Positions 50,633-61,174 are shown, counted from the stretch's first letter. The stretch is DNA of 64,000 nt from an uncultured delta proteobacterium (GCA_963782055.1 CAWAIF010000003.1:2752001-2816000), one strand, 5' to 3'. Numbers and translations are program-made. The notes: generated from the sequence alone by a model not told the origin.

Positions 50633-52615
50633 ATGCGCTCGCCGCTGGGGCTCGTTTTGGCCGCCGTCCTCGCCGTCGGTGCGTTCGGCTGCGGCCGGCA
50701 GGCGCTCGTCAGCACCGACGCGCTGCCGCTCAAGCGCGTCGTGCTCTACCGCAACGGCGTCGGGTACTTCGAGCGCTCCGGCCACGTCGAGTCCACCGAC
50801 GTGCGCTTCAAGATGCGCGGCTCGGAGGTGGGCGACTTCCTCGCCACGCTGGCGGTGATGGAGCGGGGCGGCAGCTCGGTGCGCGCGGCGGCGTTCCCGC
50901 TGGACGACGACGATCAGGACGGTGAGGACGCCAAGCCGCGCAACCAGATGACAGAAGACGAGAGGAAGGGCCTCAAGACGGTCGACCTGTCCCTCGACGG
51001 CAAGAAGCACGACCTGCAGGTGGGCTACGTGGCGGAGTCGCCGGTGTGGAAGCCGTCGTACCGGCTCGTCGTCCGGGACGGTGGGCAAGCGGACCTGCAG
51101 GCGTGGGGCATCGTGCAGAACCTGTCCGGGGAGGACTGGAAGAACGTGCGGCTCTCGCTGGTGGCCGGCGCGCCGCTCGCCTTCGAGGCGCAGCTGGGCG
51201 TCGCGGTGATCCCGCCCAGGCCGACGGTGACCGACACCGGCGAGGTCATCGCCGCGGTGCCGAAGAGCGAGACGACGCTCGCGCAGCGGGACGAGACCCG
51301 GGGTGGGCGCGCGCCGGCGACTGGCGCTCCCGCCGACGAGGCGGGCGAGGGCGACATGGACGATCAGACGGCCGTCGCGCAGAACAAGCCGACGGGCCAC
51401 AGCGGCGGCTACGGCCGAGGTGCCGGGGGGCTCGGCGGCGCCGCTGGACCGCGGGCGAGCGCCTCCACGCGCGCGCCGAGCAGGAGGCTGGACGTCGCCA
51501 AGCGGAAGGCGATGCAGGCGGAGGCCCCGCCGCCGCCGCCGGAGGCCGTGGCGCGGGCGGGCATCTCCGCTCCGCGCAACCTGCGCTCGCTCGCGGCCGT
51601 CGCGATGGAGGGCGGCGCCACCCGCTACGACCTGCCGATGGCGGTGACAATCCCCGACAAGAGCGCGACGATGGTCCTGCTCACCTCCAGGCAGGTCCAC
51701 GGCGAGGCGATCTTCCTGTTCGCGCCCGACGGCGGCGTGGCCGATTCCATGACGCACCCCTTCCGCGTGGCGCGCTTCGTCAACGAGACGGGCGGCGTGC
51801 TGGAGCGCGGCCCCATCGCCGTCTTCCAGCAGGGATCCTTTCTGGGACAGGGGATGGTCGACCCGCTCCCGTCGGGCGCGACCGCCACCGTTCCGTTCGC
51901 CCTCGAGCGCGCCATCGCGGTGGAGCAGGAGCGCAAGTACGACGAGGTCGGCGCGCGCATCGCGAAGATCGAGAACGCCCAGCTCTGGGTCGAGCGGGAC
52001 GCGGTCACGCAGACCAAGTACCGCATCCGCAACGGTGGCAACGCTCCGGCGAAGGTCCTGGTCAAGCACCCGCGGCAGAGCGGCACGCGGCTCTACCAGC
52101 CGCCGAAGGGGACGGAGGACAACGTCGGCACGGGCTCGGCGCTGGTGCCGATCCAGATCGACGCGCACAAGACCGCCGAGCTCGTCGTGGACGAGCGGCA
52201 GACGACGCGCCGCTTCGAGGACTGGTTCTCCACGGTCGCCGACAACGCGGTGAAGGCGTACCTGGCGGACTCGCGCGCCGACAAGAAGGTGGCGGCCAAC
52301 CTGTCCGCCGCGTGGGGCTACCGCGACCAGATCGTGGCGCTCCGCGAGGCGCGCGGGAAGTTCGCGCAGGAGCAGGTGGACCTGCAGAACCAGACGCAGG
52401 AGACGCGCCGCAACCTGCGCGCGATCGAGAAGAACAAGTCCGCCGCCGGCCTCCGGGCCAAGCTCACCGCGCGGCTCGGCGAGATGGCCACGCGGCTGGA
52501 CGAGATCACCAAGCACGTGGTGGAGATCGACTCCAAGCTCGCCGAGCTCGGAGTCCGCTTCCGCGAGGCGGTGCGGGAGATCAAGGTGGAGCAGCCGCTG
52601 CCGCCGAAGCCCTGA
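50633..52615 (+). CDS. DUF4139-like lipoprotein
   Basis: AFGC lipobox; LPLKRVVLYRNGVGYFER, PVWKPSYRL, WGIVQNLSGEDWKNV.LSLVAG.P; C-terminal coiled coil. Confidence 0.82.
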   Translation: MRSPLGLVLAAVLAVGAFGCGRQALVSTDALPLKRVVLYRNGVGYFERSGHVESTDVRFKMRGSEVGDFLATLAVMERGGSSVRAAAFPLDDDDQDGEDAKPRNQMTEDERKGLKTVDLSLDGKKHDLQVGYVAESPVWKPSYRLVVRDGGQADLQAWGIVQNLSGEDWKNVRLSLVAGAPLAFEAQLGVAVIPPRPTVTDTGEVIAAVPKSETTLAQRDETRGGRAPATGAPADEAGEGDMDDQTAVAQNKPTGHSGGYGRGAGGLGGAAGPRASASTRAPSRRLDVAKRKAMQAEAPPPPPEAVARAGISAPRNLRSLAAVAMEGGATRYDLPMAVTIPDKSATMVLLTSRQVHGEAIFLFAPDGGVADSMTHPFRVARFVNETGGVLERGPIAVFQQGSFLGQGMVDPLPSGATATVPFALERAIAVEQERKYDEVGARIAKIENAQLWVERDAVTQTKYRIRNGGNAPAKVLVKHPRQSGTRLYQPPKGTEDNVGTGSALVPIQIDAHKTAELVVDERQTTRRFEDWFSTVADNAVKAYLADSRADKKVAANLSAAWGYRDQIVALREARGKFAQEQVDLQNQTQETRRNLRAIEKNKSAAGLRAKLTARLGEMATRLDEITKHVVEIDSKLAELGVRFREAVREIKVEQPLPPKP

Positions 52616-52664
52616 GCCTCAGCCCGCCGCGCCTCTCCACTTCGTGGAGAGGCAGAGGAGAAGG

Positions 52665-53249
52665 CTAGCGGGGCCGGCCAATCTGCCCGGCCGGGGGGCG
52701 GGAGACAGCGCGGCTGTCGGCGTCGAAGAAGCGCCACGGCTTGTCTGCCCATGGGCCGGCGTAGGCGACGCCGACCCGCGCGCTGGTGGCGACCTTCACG
52801 CGGCGCGGGCGCGGCAGGAAGTGGATGGGGCCGGGGCCGTGGAGCCGCGCGCCCTGGTCGGCGCGCGTCAGGCCGAGCGCGCGCGTGAAGCGGCCCGGTC
52901 CGTCGGCGCGCACCCCCGCGGGCACGCCGGCGAGCGGTTCGGCGGCGCGCACCAGCACCGCGTGACCGCGACCCTCGCGCAGGCACACCACGTTGAAGCA
53001 CTCGTGCATGCCGTAGATCAGGAACACGTAGGCGTGGCCGGGCGGACCGAAGAGCGTGCGTGTGCGCGCGGTGAGCCCGGCGCGCGCGTGGCACGCGAGG
53101 TCGCGCGGCCCGCAGTACGCCTCGGTCTCCACGACGCGCGCCACGCGCTCGTCGCGATCGCGTCGCACCACGATGACCGTGCCGACCAGCGCGCGCGCGA
53201 CGACGCGCGCGTCGCGGGCAAAGAAGGGCACGTCGAGCGGCGCGCTCAC
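52665..53249 (-). CDS. mpg: DNA-3-methyladenine glycosylase (AAG/MPG family)
   Basis: FFARDA..VARAL.G, VETEAY.G..D.ACH, FGPPGHAYV..IYGMH.C.NVV, AVLVRAAEP, GPG, RVGV...PWRF. Confidence 0.92.
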   Translation of the reverse strand: MSAPLDVPFFARDARVVARALVGTVIVVRRDRDERVARVVETEAYCGPRDLACHARAGLTARTRTLFGPPGHAYVFLIYGMHECFNVVCLREGRGHAVLVRAAEPLAGVPAGVRADGPGRFTRALGLTRADQGARLHGPGPIHFLPRPRRVKVATSARVGVAYAGPWADKPWRFFDADSRAVSRPPAGQIGRPR

Positions 53250-53773
53250 GGCGAGGCCCAGACGACGACGCGCACCGCGCCCGAGCCGTCCAGGTGAAGC
53301 ACCGGCGCGTCGCCCTTGCGCACGCACACCGGACCCTCGGCGCCCAGCGCGCCGCGCGCCGCGCCCGCGTCGCCGGTCCGGTCCGTCGCGTCGCCCAGCG
53401 GACCGGACGCGCCGCGCAGCGACGCGCGCACCGGCTCGTCGGCCTCGAACGCCGCGCGCAGACAGGTGTCGGCGCCAGCAGCGGGGAGCGGCACGTCGTG
53501 CGGTCCGGCGAGCACGAGCTCGGTGCGCAGGATCTCGCGCATGCCCGGCGCCAGCTCGGCCTGACGGGCGGCGAGGACCTCCAGCGGCGGCGGGCCCGCC
53601 TCGCGCGGGGGGCCCGCGTCGGCGTGCGCGCTGGCGTCGGCGCCGGCGTGCGCGACGCGAGGAGGCGGAGGTGCGGCGTGCGGGCTCGCGCCCGCGCACG
53701 CGATCAGCGCGAGCGGCACGCTCGCGCACGCGACGACGAGGACGGCTCGGGCGCGCCGGACGCCGCTCAGCAT
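53246..53773 (-). CDS. Hypothetical lipoprotein
   Basis: LALIAC lipobox, GPVCV motif; GTGA overlap with mpg. Confidence 0.6.
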   Translation of the reverse strand: MLSGVRRARAVLVVACASVPLALIACAGASPHAAPPPPRVAHAGADASAHADAGPPREAGPPPLEVLAARQAELAPGMREILRTELVLAGPHDVPLPAAGADTCLRAAFEADEPVRASLRGASGPLGDATDRTGDAGAARGALGAEGPVCVRKGDAPVLHLDGSGAVRVVVWASP

Positions 53774-53780
53774 GGCGCCG

Positions 53781-54164
53781 TCAGGACGGGGCGGAGGCGC
53801 CGGTGGCCTTGATCGGCGCCTTGGTGTCCACCGGATCCATGCGGCAGCTCCCCTGGAACTCGACGCCCCTGTCGATGAAGAGGGACGGGGAGTGCAGGTT
53901 GCCCACGAGCTTGCCGGGTGCGTGGATCTCGATCGCGTTCTTGGCGCGGATGTTCCCGTGCACGACGCCGCCGCGGACGATGACCGTCGCCACGTCGATC
54001 TCGGCGTGCACCTCCGCGCCGTCACCGATGATGAGCGTGTCGTCGCTCTTGATCTCGCCCTTGAAGGTCCCGTCGATGCGCACCCGACCTTCAAACTGGA
54101 GCTTGCCCTCGAAGCGCGTGCCGCGTCCGAGCAGCGCGGTGATTTCGGTGCCGGTGGCGTCCAT
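53781..54164 (-). CDS. Bactofilin (polymer-forming cytoskeletal protein)
   Basis: LLGRGTRFEGKL.FEG.VRIDG.FKGEI...LIIG..A.V.AEI...G.V.GNI...G.EFQGSC.M. Confidence 0.93.
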   Translation of the reverse strand: MDATGTEITALLGRGTRFEGKLQFEGRVRIDGTFKGEIKSDDTLIIGDGAEVHAEIDVATVIVRGGVVHGNIRAKNAIEIHAPGKLVGNLHSPSLFIDRGVEFQGSCRMDPVDTKAPIKATGASAPS

Positions 54165-54642
54165 GTCGACCTCTCCGGGCGCCGCGCGCCCGTACGGAAG
54201 GGGAGGCCGTGTGTAGCACAAAACTCCCGCCGTCGGCGACCGGCCTCCGCGCGGCCAGCGGGGGCACCGGAGACCTCCCTGGCGGTTGCCCGGGCCACGT
54301 CTCCGGTTCGCGTGCTGACGGTCTGGCGCCGGGCCAGCCTACCCCGGAGAACCGTAAGCGGGCTGTCGGCGGCGGCGGCCCGCGGCGTCAGGACCGTCAC
54401 GGGCGTAACGGCCCACCCGCGGCCATCCGAAATAAGCTTGAATTATCGAGCGGTTGACTTTCGCCTACCCTGGGAACGAAACGTGCATGGGGTGCAGACG
54501 TTCAGGCCGGGGCCTGGGGGGAAGGGACACTCCTCCGTTGACATCCGGGCTGGCTCAAGGCACTCGCGTTTCTCGTTTCGTTCGACACGTCACGGTCCGG
54601 GCTCCGGGGACTCTCCTGGCTCGGACGGCAGGAGCCCCTCAC

Positions 54643-56154
54643 GTGAACTCGCGCCCGCTCTTCACGATCCTCGGTCCGGCGGCCCTCGCGGCCATGCTCG
54701 TGGCCGCCCCCAACGCCTTCGCCCAGGGGTCCACCCCTCCCTCCGGCACGACCCCGGCGCCCTCCGCCGCCCCGACGACGGGCGCGGCGACTCCGGCGAC
54801 GGCCGGAAAGAAGGACGACAAGAAGGACCAGAAGAAGACGGACGACAAGAAGTCGGACGACAAGAAGAACGCGCAGGGCGCCGCTGCCGCGGGCTCTCCG
54901 GCAGGCGCCACGCCCCCGCCGGCCGCACCGCCTCCCGCCGCACCGCCTCCCGCTGCGCCGCCCCCCGCCGCGCCGCCTCCCGCCGCGCCGCCTCCCGCCC
55001 CGGCGACACCGCCTCCCGCCCCGGCGACCGCTTCTGCCGGCGCTGACGTGACGGCGGGCGCCGCCGTGACGACCACTCCGGCAGACGCCACCGCCGCGGA
55101 GGACACCGGCGCGCACTCCGGCCAGCCCGCGCTCTGGTCGTCGACCTACCAGGTCCCCAACAAGGACAAGCCCACCGAGAAGCCGAAGGAGAAGCTGCGC
55201 TGGGCCGACAGCCAGATGTTCCTGCAGGTCGGGATGACGCCGAACGCCTTCGACCCGGGCATGGTGCAGTCCGCCGACGTCACGGTGGACTCCTTCGCGT
55301 ACGTGCAGCCGCGCTTCTCCATCACCAAGGACTGGCAGCTCCGCGCGCTCCTCTACTTCTCATACGAGTTCACCGACACGGTGAACTCCTCGACCACGCG
55401 CGCGCACGAGGTCCAGTTCGGCGACATCACGCCGTCGGTCTACTACAAGGGCATCCCCTCCTTCGCCGGCGTCCACGCGCAGCTCGGCGTCGCCGTCGGC
55501 CTGCCGACCTCCGCGGTGTCGCAGGCGCGCACGATGATCCTGAGCCCCTCGCTCCAGGGCACGCTGTCGCGCGACTTCGAGCACGTGCTCGGGGGCGACT
55601 TCGCCGTCGTGCTGAGCGGCATCTACTCGCACCCGTTTTACCAGTACAAGACCGCCGGCCTGGAGAACCAGCCCGCCTACCAGCCCAACTGCTTCAGCGG
55701 CGGGGACTCGAGCTGCGGCCTGCAGGCTTCGGGCGCGGCGAACACCGAGAACGCGATCGTGTGGAGCGTGCTGCTCAGCCAGACCTGGGGCAAGTGGAAC
55801 CCCGGCGTGCTGTTTCGCATGACGCACTCCTTCGTCTACCAGTTCCAGGATCTGCCCGGCGTGTCGCGCATCGACAACCCCTCGAGCGTGCGCCAGTCGG
55901 TCTACTTCGCCGCCTTCGTGGACTACAACATCAACTCGTGGCTCACGGGCGAGGTCGGCTACCAGCTCTCGCGCAACATCCTCAACGCCGACAGCACCTA
56001 CGGCAACCCCTTCTACGATCCGAACCAGGACATGCGCCTGTACCTCGGCGTGAACGTGGGTCTGGACAAGCTCTACGAGGCCGTGCGCGGCAAGTCGGCG
56101 AAGGCGGGCATCGTTCGCGTCAAGAACGACACCTCGCCGGTGGTTCGCTTCTAG
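54643..56154 (+). CDS. Secreted/outer-membrane beta-strand-rich protein with K/D-rich and (AAPPP)n linker
   Basis: AGGAG SD plus GTG; signal ending NAFAQ; amphipathic strands; terminal F. Confidence 0.75.
   Translation: MNSRPLFTILGPAALAAMLVAAPNAFAQGSTPPSGTTPAPSAAPTTGAATPATAGKKDDKKDQKKTDDKKSDDKKNAQGAAAAGSPAGATPPPAAPPPAAPPPAAPPPAAPPPAAPPPAPATPPPAPATASAGADVTAGAAVTTTPADATAAEDTGAHSGQPALWSSTYQVPNKDKPTEKPKEKLRWADSQMFLQVGMTPNAFDPGMVQSADVTVDSFAYVQPRFSITKDWQLRALLYFSYEFTDTVNSSTTRAHEVQFGDITPSVYYKGIPSFAGVHAQLGVAVGLPTSAVSQARTMILSPSLQGTLSRDFEHVLGGDFAVVLSGIYSHPFYQYKTAGLENQPAYQPNCFSGGDSSCGLQASGAANTENAIVWSVLLSQTWGKWNPGVLFRMTHSFVYQFQDLPGVSRIDNPSSVRQSVYFAAFVDYNINSWLTGEVGYQLSRNILNADSTYGNPFYDPNQDMRLYLGVNVGLDKLYEAVRGKSAKAGIVRVKNDTSPVVRF
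54912..55025 (+). repeat. Coding tandem repeat (AAPPP)n, 15-nt units
   Basis: Visible directly, e.g. GCCGCACCGCCTCCC repeated with variation. Confidence 0.85.
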
Positions 56155-56267
56155 GCACGCCGCCCCGCTTTTTCGCGGCGCCGCACGTCATTTTCTGCGT
56201 GGCTCTACCGCGCGGAGGAGTATGGTAGCGCGCCCGCATGCAAGCGGCCTTCCAAGGAGGACGAGCG

Positions 56268-56750
56268 ATGGCGATTCAAGTCGGCGCCGAAGCCCCTGAC
56301 TTCGAGCTGCCCTCGAGCGAGACGTTGGAGAACGACCGGCCGGGTAAGCCCATTCGGCTGAGCGATTTCCGCGGCAAGAAGAGCGTGGTGCTCGCGTTCT
56401 ACCCGCTCGACTTCAGCCCCGTGTGCACGACGGAGCACACGTGCTTCCGCGAGGATTCCACGACCCTGGAGGCCGCCGGCGCGCAGGTTCTCGGCGTGAG
56501 CGTCGACAGCGTCTGGGCGCACGCGGCCTACAAGAAGCAGCTCGGGCTGGACTACCCGCTGCTCGCCGACTTTGCCCCAAAGGGCGCCGTCGCGGCCAAG
56601 TACGGCCTGTACCTCGCGGAGAAGGGCATCACCGCGCGCGCGACGGTCATCGTGGACAAGGCGGGGAAGGTGGCTTTCGTCAAGGAGCAGGCTCTCGGCG
56701 AGCCGCGTGACGACAAGACGATCCTCGCCGAGCTCGCCAAGCTGTCTTGA
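56268..56750 (+). CDS. Peroxiredoxin (AhpE/BCP-like)
   Basis: [54 protein letters not shown]. Confidence 0.92.
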   Translation: MAIQVGAEAPDFELPSSETLENDRPGKPIRLSDFRGKKSVVLAFYPLDFSPVCTTEHTCFREDSTTLEAAGAQVLGVSVDSVWAHAAYKKQLGLDYPLLADFAPKGAVAAKYGLYLAEKGITARATVIVDKAGKVAFVKEQALGEPRDDKTILAELAKLS

Positions 56751-56779
56751 TCAATCGCTTCGAGGAAGGGACGACATCG

Positions 56780-57808
56780 ATGGTTCTGTGGAGGAGGAGC
56801 AGCGCAGCCCTCGTGGCGGCGTGCGTGGCGGTGGGTGTGACGTTCACGACCGCGGCGCGAGCCGACGGCAGCGACACGCAGCCGGCGGCGACGGCAGGGG
56901 CGCCCGCGGACGCCGGCCCGAAGACGCTGGAGCCGCGCTTCGAGCCGCTCTACATCGGCCTGGATACCGTCATCGGCTTCGGCGACTTCGCGGCCGTCGA
57001 GCGCCAGTTGCCGGAGACGGGCCAGGTCGACCCGACGTATGCGCTGGTCAACGCGAACATCCGCACGGCGACCTTCACGCTGATGGCGCACTACGACTTC
57101 AAGAAGTTCGGCATCGGCGCGAGGCTCCCGCTCATCGCCGGCGTGGTGCGCGACTACGGCGGCCCCATCACCGGGCAGAGCATCTTCTCCAACGGCGGGC
57201 TCGAGCTGTCGATGGACATGCCGAAGAAGGTGTCCGAGTCGGTCCGCTACCTGCCCGAGCTCGCGCTGGTCGTGCCGCTCGCGCCAGGCACTGCGCCGCC
57301 CCCGCACGAGGAGCTCGCCGGCAAGGTCTACGATCCCGGCACCGCCAACGCCTACGATCGCTACGCCGTCGGGCTCGCCGCGGCCTACGCACACGGCGGG
57401 GAGGACGACGCGCTCTACCTGAACTGGCGCCTGGGCGTCGTGCCGAAGGCGGAGCTGGACCTCAAGTTCAACCACACCAAGATCGAGCCCTACGTGAAGA
57501 TCCCCATCATGATCTCCATGCAGGGAGACTCCCCGGAGCCCTTCCGCCTGGAGGCCGTGGGCGCGGTGCGTGTCGCGCAGGAGATCGGCCCGGTGGACGT
57601 GGGCGTGCGGCTCGTCGGCAACCTGCCCATCGCCGCCATGTCCACCATGCGCGACCCGCTCTTCGCGGTCGAGCCGGAGGTGCGCCTGCACATCACCCCG
57701 TCGTCGGAGCTGTGGGTCGGCGGCGTCATGGTGCTGGGCGGTTCGCAGACGATCTACGACAAGGGCGACGCTGGCGCCTTCCAGATCGGCTTGAGCGCCA
57801 CCTTCTGA
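56780..57808 (+). CDS. Outer-membrane beta-barrel protein
   Basis: Signal ending ARA; amphipathic strands; C-terminal IGLSATF. Confidence 0.72.
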   Translation: MVLWRRSSAALVAACVAVGVTFTTAARADGSDTQPAATAGAPADAGPKTLEPRFEPLYIGLDTVIGFGDFAAVERQLPETGQVDPTYALVNANIRTATFTLMAHYDFKKFGIGARLPLIAGVVRDYGGPITGQSIFSNGGLELSMDMPKKVSESVRYLPELALVVPLAPGTAPPPHEELAGKVYDPGTANAYDRYAVGLAAAYAHGGEDDALYLNWRLGVVPKAELDLKFNHTKIEPYVKIPIMISMQGDSPEPFRLEAVGAVRVAQEIGPVDVGVRLVGNLPIAAMSTMRDPLFAVEPEVRLHITPSSELWVGGVMVLGGSQTIYDKGDAGAFQIGLSATF

Positions 57809-57872
57809 GCCGGCGGGCCGCCCGCCAGCCCGTTTATTTTCCCCCGTCGTGATGGCGTGCTCTACTCGGAGC

Positions 57873-58526
57873 ATGCGCGCTAGGCTTGCGTGGTGGTCCC
57901 TGGTGGCGGTGGCACTCGCCCCGTTGCTCGTGGTCCGCGCGTCGCCCGCGCAGGACACGCCCGCGCAGCCCGCGCCGTCCGCCTCCGCGTCGCCCTCGGC
58001 CAGCGCCGAGCCCTCGGTTCGCCCGGCGACGGGGTACGGCTGGAGCGATCACAAGTCCAGGGGCGCCGCGCACCCGCACCGGCACGTGCGCCACCACGCG
58101 GTCAAGCGCGCCGGCCCGGTCGCCACCATGCCCGGCTTCGAGCTGCTGGGGGACGGCGGCTCGCGCTTCTTCGTGCAGCTCACGCAGCAGGTCCCGGTGG
58201 AGTCTCACAAGGCGAAGGGCAAGCTGACGTACGTGCTGAAGGGCGCGCACGTCGACCGCCGCAACAACCTGAACCCGCTGGTGACGGTCCACTTCAACAC
58301 GCCGGTCACCCGCGCGCGCCTGGTGCCCGCGGGCAAGAACCTGAACTTCGTGCTGGAGCTGCGCGCCGACGTCACGCCCACCTACAAGGTGGTGCCGGGC
58401 AAGGACGGCACGAGCCTGCTGGTCATCGACTTCCCGAAGGGCAAGTACCTGCCCAACGCCGCCGTCGCCGCCGTCACGGCGACGGGCGACGCGAAGGATG
58501 CGGCGAAGGTGGACGGCCACCGCTGA
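57873..58526 (+). CDS. Secreted AMIN-like domain protein
   Basis: Signal peptide; SRFFVQLT, PLVTVHFNTPVTRARL, FVLELR, LLVIDFP. Confidence 0.65.
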   Translation: MRARLAWWSLVAVALAPLLVVRASPAQDTPAQPAPSASASPSASAEPSVRPATGYGWSDHKSRGAAHPHRHVRHHAVKRAGPVATMPGFELLGDGGSRFFVQLTQQVPVESHKAKGKLTYVLKGAHVDRRNNLNPLVTVHFNTPVTRARLVPAGKNLNFVLELRADVTPTYKVVPGKDGTSLLVIDFPKGKYLPNAAVAAVTATGDAKDAAKVDGHR

Positions 58527-60426
58527 GGCCTGCCACGCCCGGGCCGCGCGGGCGCTCGCCCCCGTGCTCGCGGCGACGGGGATCGTGTGCGCGCCGCGCG
58601 TGGCCCGCGCGCAGCAGGCGGTGGATGTTCACGCCGATCAGGTGCAGGTGGACGTGAAGCTGCACGAGCTCGACCTTGTCGGGCACGTGCGCGCGGACGC
58701 GCCGCCGTTCCACCTCTCCGCCGAGAGGCTGCGCCTGACGCGCTCCCGCCGCGGCGTGGAGGTGCAGGGGGACGGCAAGCTCACCTTCTGCCCGTGCCTG
58801 GGTACGCCGCTCACCGTCGCCTTCAAGCGGGCGACGGTGGCCCCACCCGGCGACCTGCTGCTCTCCAACGCCAGCCTGCGGATCTACGGCCTGCCCATCC
58901 TGTGGCTGCCCTTCTTCTGGCTGCGCGCGCCCACGCGCGTGGGCCTGCTGCCGCCGGAGATCGCCTATCGCGGCGCGGACGGCTTCTTCCTCGGCGGCGG
59001 CGTGCACGTTCCGCTCGGCGCGCGGCGCGGCGAGGCGCTCGACCTGCGCGCGGGGGGCTACTTTCTCGGCGGCTTCGCCGTCGACGCGAGCGCGCGGACG
59101 GCCACGACCAGCACGCACGTGCGCTTCGACCGGCTCGCCACGCCGGCGCTCGAGGGCTTGCCGGGCGACGGCAACGGGCTGCTCGTGGACGCGCGCGGCG
59201 CGCTCACCCCTGGGCCGGAGACGCTGGCGTGGGACGTCGACACGGTGCTCGGGGCTCGCGGTCTCGACTCGGTGGTCGACCTGGACACGGCGGCGCGGCC
59301 CTACGACACGGCGGCGATGGAGGCCTCGGTGCACGGCCCCTTCGTGGTGAGCACCGGCCTGCGGGCGGTGTCCGAGCGCGGCGGGGAGCTCTTGGCCGCC
59401 GACGTGGGAGGGCCGGTCGCCACGGTCGGGCGCTCCGGCGCCATCGGCTCGGTAGGCACGTACGACGCGACGATCGACGCGGGCGTCTTTCGCTTGACGG
59501 GTCAAGCGTTGCCCCCCGGCGTCACCGACCCGCGAGCGCTGTCCTTCGCGCGGGGCGACGCGGGCGTGCTGCTCGCCGGGCGCGCCGGTCCGGTGGGGGT
59601 GCGCGCGACGATGCGCGCGGCGGGCGACGTGGGGTCCGACGGCGTGACCGATGGGCTGGACGGCGCGGCGTCGGCGCGGCTGGAGGCGGGGCTCCCGCTA
59701 GTGCGGGGCATCCAGAGCGCCGACGCGGCCGACCCCTGGCGCCACCGCGTCGAGCCGCTGGTGTCCGTGGCGGGTCTGGTCAGCCGCGGCGACGAGCTGC
59801 TCGGGCTGGCCCCCGGCCGCGGCCTCGGCGGGGTGGCGGACGGCGCGGTGGACGGTCGCGCGGTGGTGGCGGACGTCGGTGTGCGCAGCGCCCTCGGCCG
59901 CTGGGGGGCGGGCCTGGGGTTGCAGGTCGCCGGCGCGGGCGGCGTCGCCGTGGGGTCGGACGGCGCGGCGGTGGGCGTGGTGCGGTGGCGCGCGGCGGCG
60001 TCCCTCGGCGCCTTCGGGCTCGACGCGGAGGGCGGGGACGTGCTCGGGCGGGGTCACGTGGTGGTGGCCGCGGCGCGCGTGGGGCGGCCGTCGGGCCTGC
60101 ATCTGCGTGTGTCGGTCGCCGGGCGGGAAGAGGCGGACCCGGTCCTGGCGCGGGCGCTGGTGGACGCGCCGCTGGAGCCGAGCGCGGGGTTCTTGGCGCG
60201 TGAAGGTTGGACGGGCGGCGTGCGCGCCGGCATCCCGTGGACGAGCTTCCTGGTGACGCGCGGTGGGGTGGACATGGACCTCGGCGCGCTGGTACCGACG
60301 GCGGCGGTCGGGAGCGTCGAGCTGCGCGACAAGTGCGGGTGCTTCGCCTTCCGGGTGACCGGAGCTCACCGGCTGGGGCGCGACGGCGTGGATGTGTGGG
60401 CGAGCGTCGACTTCGTCCCGAGGTGA
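58498..60426 (+). CDS. LptD-like outer-membrane protein (divergent)
   Basis: ADQV, LVGHV, TFCPC, NASLRIYGLPILWLP, GLLPP, HRVEP and C-terminal DKCGC. Start uncertain. Confidence 0.6.
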   Translation: MRRRWTATAEACHARAARALAPVLAATGIVCAPRVARAQQAVDVHADQVQVDVKLHELDLVGHVRADAPPFHLSAERLRLTRSRRGVEVQGDGKLTFCPCLGTPLTVAFKRATVAPPGDLLLSNASLRIYGLPILWLPFFWLRAPTRVGLLPPEIAYRGADGFFLGGGVHVPLGARRGEALDLRAGGYFLGGFAVDASARTATTSTHVRFDRLATPALEGLPGDGNGLLVDARGALTPGPETLAWDVDTVLGARGLDSVVDLDTAARPYDTAAMEASVHGPFVVSTGLRAVSERGGELLAADVGGPVATVGRSGAIGSVGTYDATIDAGVFRLTGQALPPGVTDPRALSFARGDAGVLLAGRAGPVGVRATMRAAGDVGSDGVTDGLDGAASARLEAGLPLVRGIQSADAADPWRHRVEPLVSVAGLVSRGDELLGLAPGRGLGGVADGAVDGRAVVADVGVRSALGRWGAGLGLQVAGAGGVAVGSDGAAVGVVRWRAAASLGAFGLDAEGGDVLGRGHVVVAAARVGRPSGLHLRVSVAGREEADPVLARALVDAPLEPSAGFLAREGWTGGVRAGIPWTSFLVTRGGVDMDLGALVPTAAVGSVELRDKCGCFAFRVTGAHRLGRDGVDVWASVDFVPR

Positions 60427-60456
60427 ACGGCGCGGGCGCGGCCTCGCCGCGTGGGG

Positions 60457-60927
60457 TCAGGAGTGGATCTGCTGGGCGAGGTAGTTGGCTTCGCCCACCT
60501 GCTTCATCAGATCGAACTGCCCCTCCAGCCAGTCGACGTGCGACTCCTCCGACACCAGGATGTGGCGGAGCAGGTCCTCGGAGCCGTTGTCGGCTGCGTC
60601 GCGACAGAGCTGCATGCCGCTGTTCAGACGGGGGATGGCCACCAGCTCCAGCGCGTGATCGTTCTTCAGGATCTCCGGCACGCTGGTGCCCACCATGATC
60701 TTGCCCAGGCGCTGCACGTTGGGCAGTCCCTCCAAAAATAGCACGCGCTCGATGATCTGATCGGCGTGCTTCATCTCGTCGATCGACTCCTTGCGGATGG
60801 ACTCGGCGAGCCTCTCGTAGCCCCAGTTCCGGCACATGCGCGCGTGCAAGAAGTACTGGTTGATAGCGGTCAGCTCGTTGGTGAGCACCTCGTTCAAGAG
60901 GTCGATGATTTTGGCGTCGCCCTTCAC
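60457..60927 (-). CDS. bfr: Bacterioferritin
   Basis: [62 protein letters not shown] plus GTG. Confidence 0.96.
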   Translation of the reverse strand: MKGDAKIIDLLNEVLTNELTAINQYFLHARMCRNWGYERLAESIRKESIDEMKHADQIIERVLFLEGLPNVQRLGKIMVGTSVPEILKNDHALELVAIPRLNSGMQLCRDAADNGSEDLLRHILVSEESHVDWLEGQFDLMKQVGEANYLAQQIHS

Positions 60928-61132
60928 GATCTCCTCCGGCTGTTGCTGCGGATGGGCCAGAGGACCAAATCGGACGCCCGGATGCAACCGGGGAGGGGTG
61001 GCCCACCCCGGCCCGTGGACCATGCGTCGGAGCGCAAGCAAGCTAGCAGTCCGACGGCTGGGAGCAGCGCTGGAGGGGGCCACCAGGGCCGTGCTGGCGC
61101 AAGCGTTGGGAATGATTCAGCTATGGTAGGGC

Positions 61133-61161
61133 TTGAAATCGAAAACCGTTTTCATTATCTT
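61133..61161 (+). promoter_or_regulatory. bfd sigma-70 promoter overlapped by a Fur-like box
   Basis: TTGAAA-17 nt-TATCTT. Palindrome GAAAAC-C-GTTTTC at 61141-61153. The minus strand reads GATAATGAAAACGGTTTTC, 14/19 to the classical Fur box. Confidence 0.72.
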
Positions 61162-61174
61162 CAAGACACCGAGC

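Noticed and set aside
48824..52516. 1230-aa RpoN with a giant N-terminal extension
   Set aside because: The extension is the antisense shadow of the DUF4139-like gene; RpoN region I begins at 50350.
60928..61083. N-terminal extension of Bfr (208-aa ORF)
   Set aside because: A GGAGG SD and GTG at 60927 give the canonical MKGD start and a typical length.
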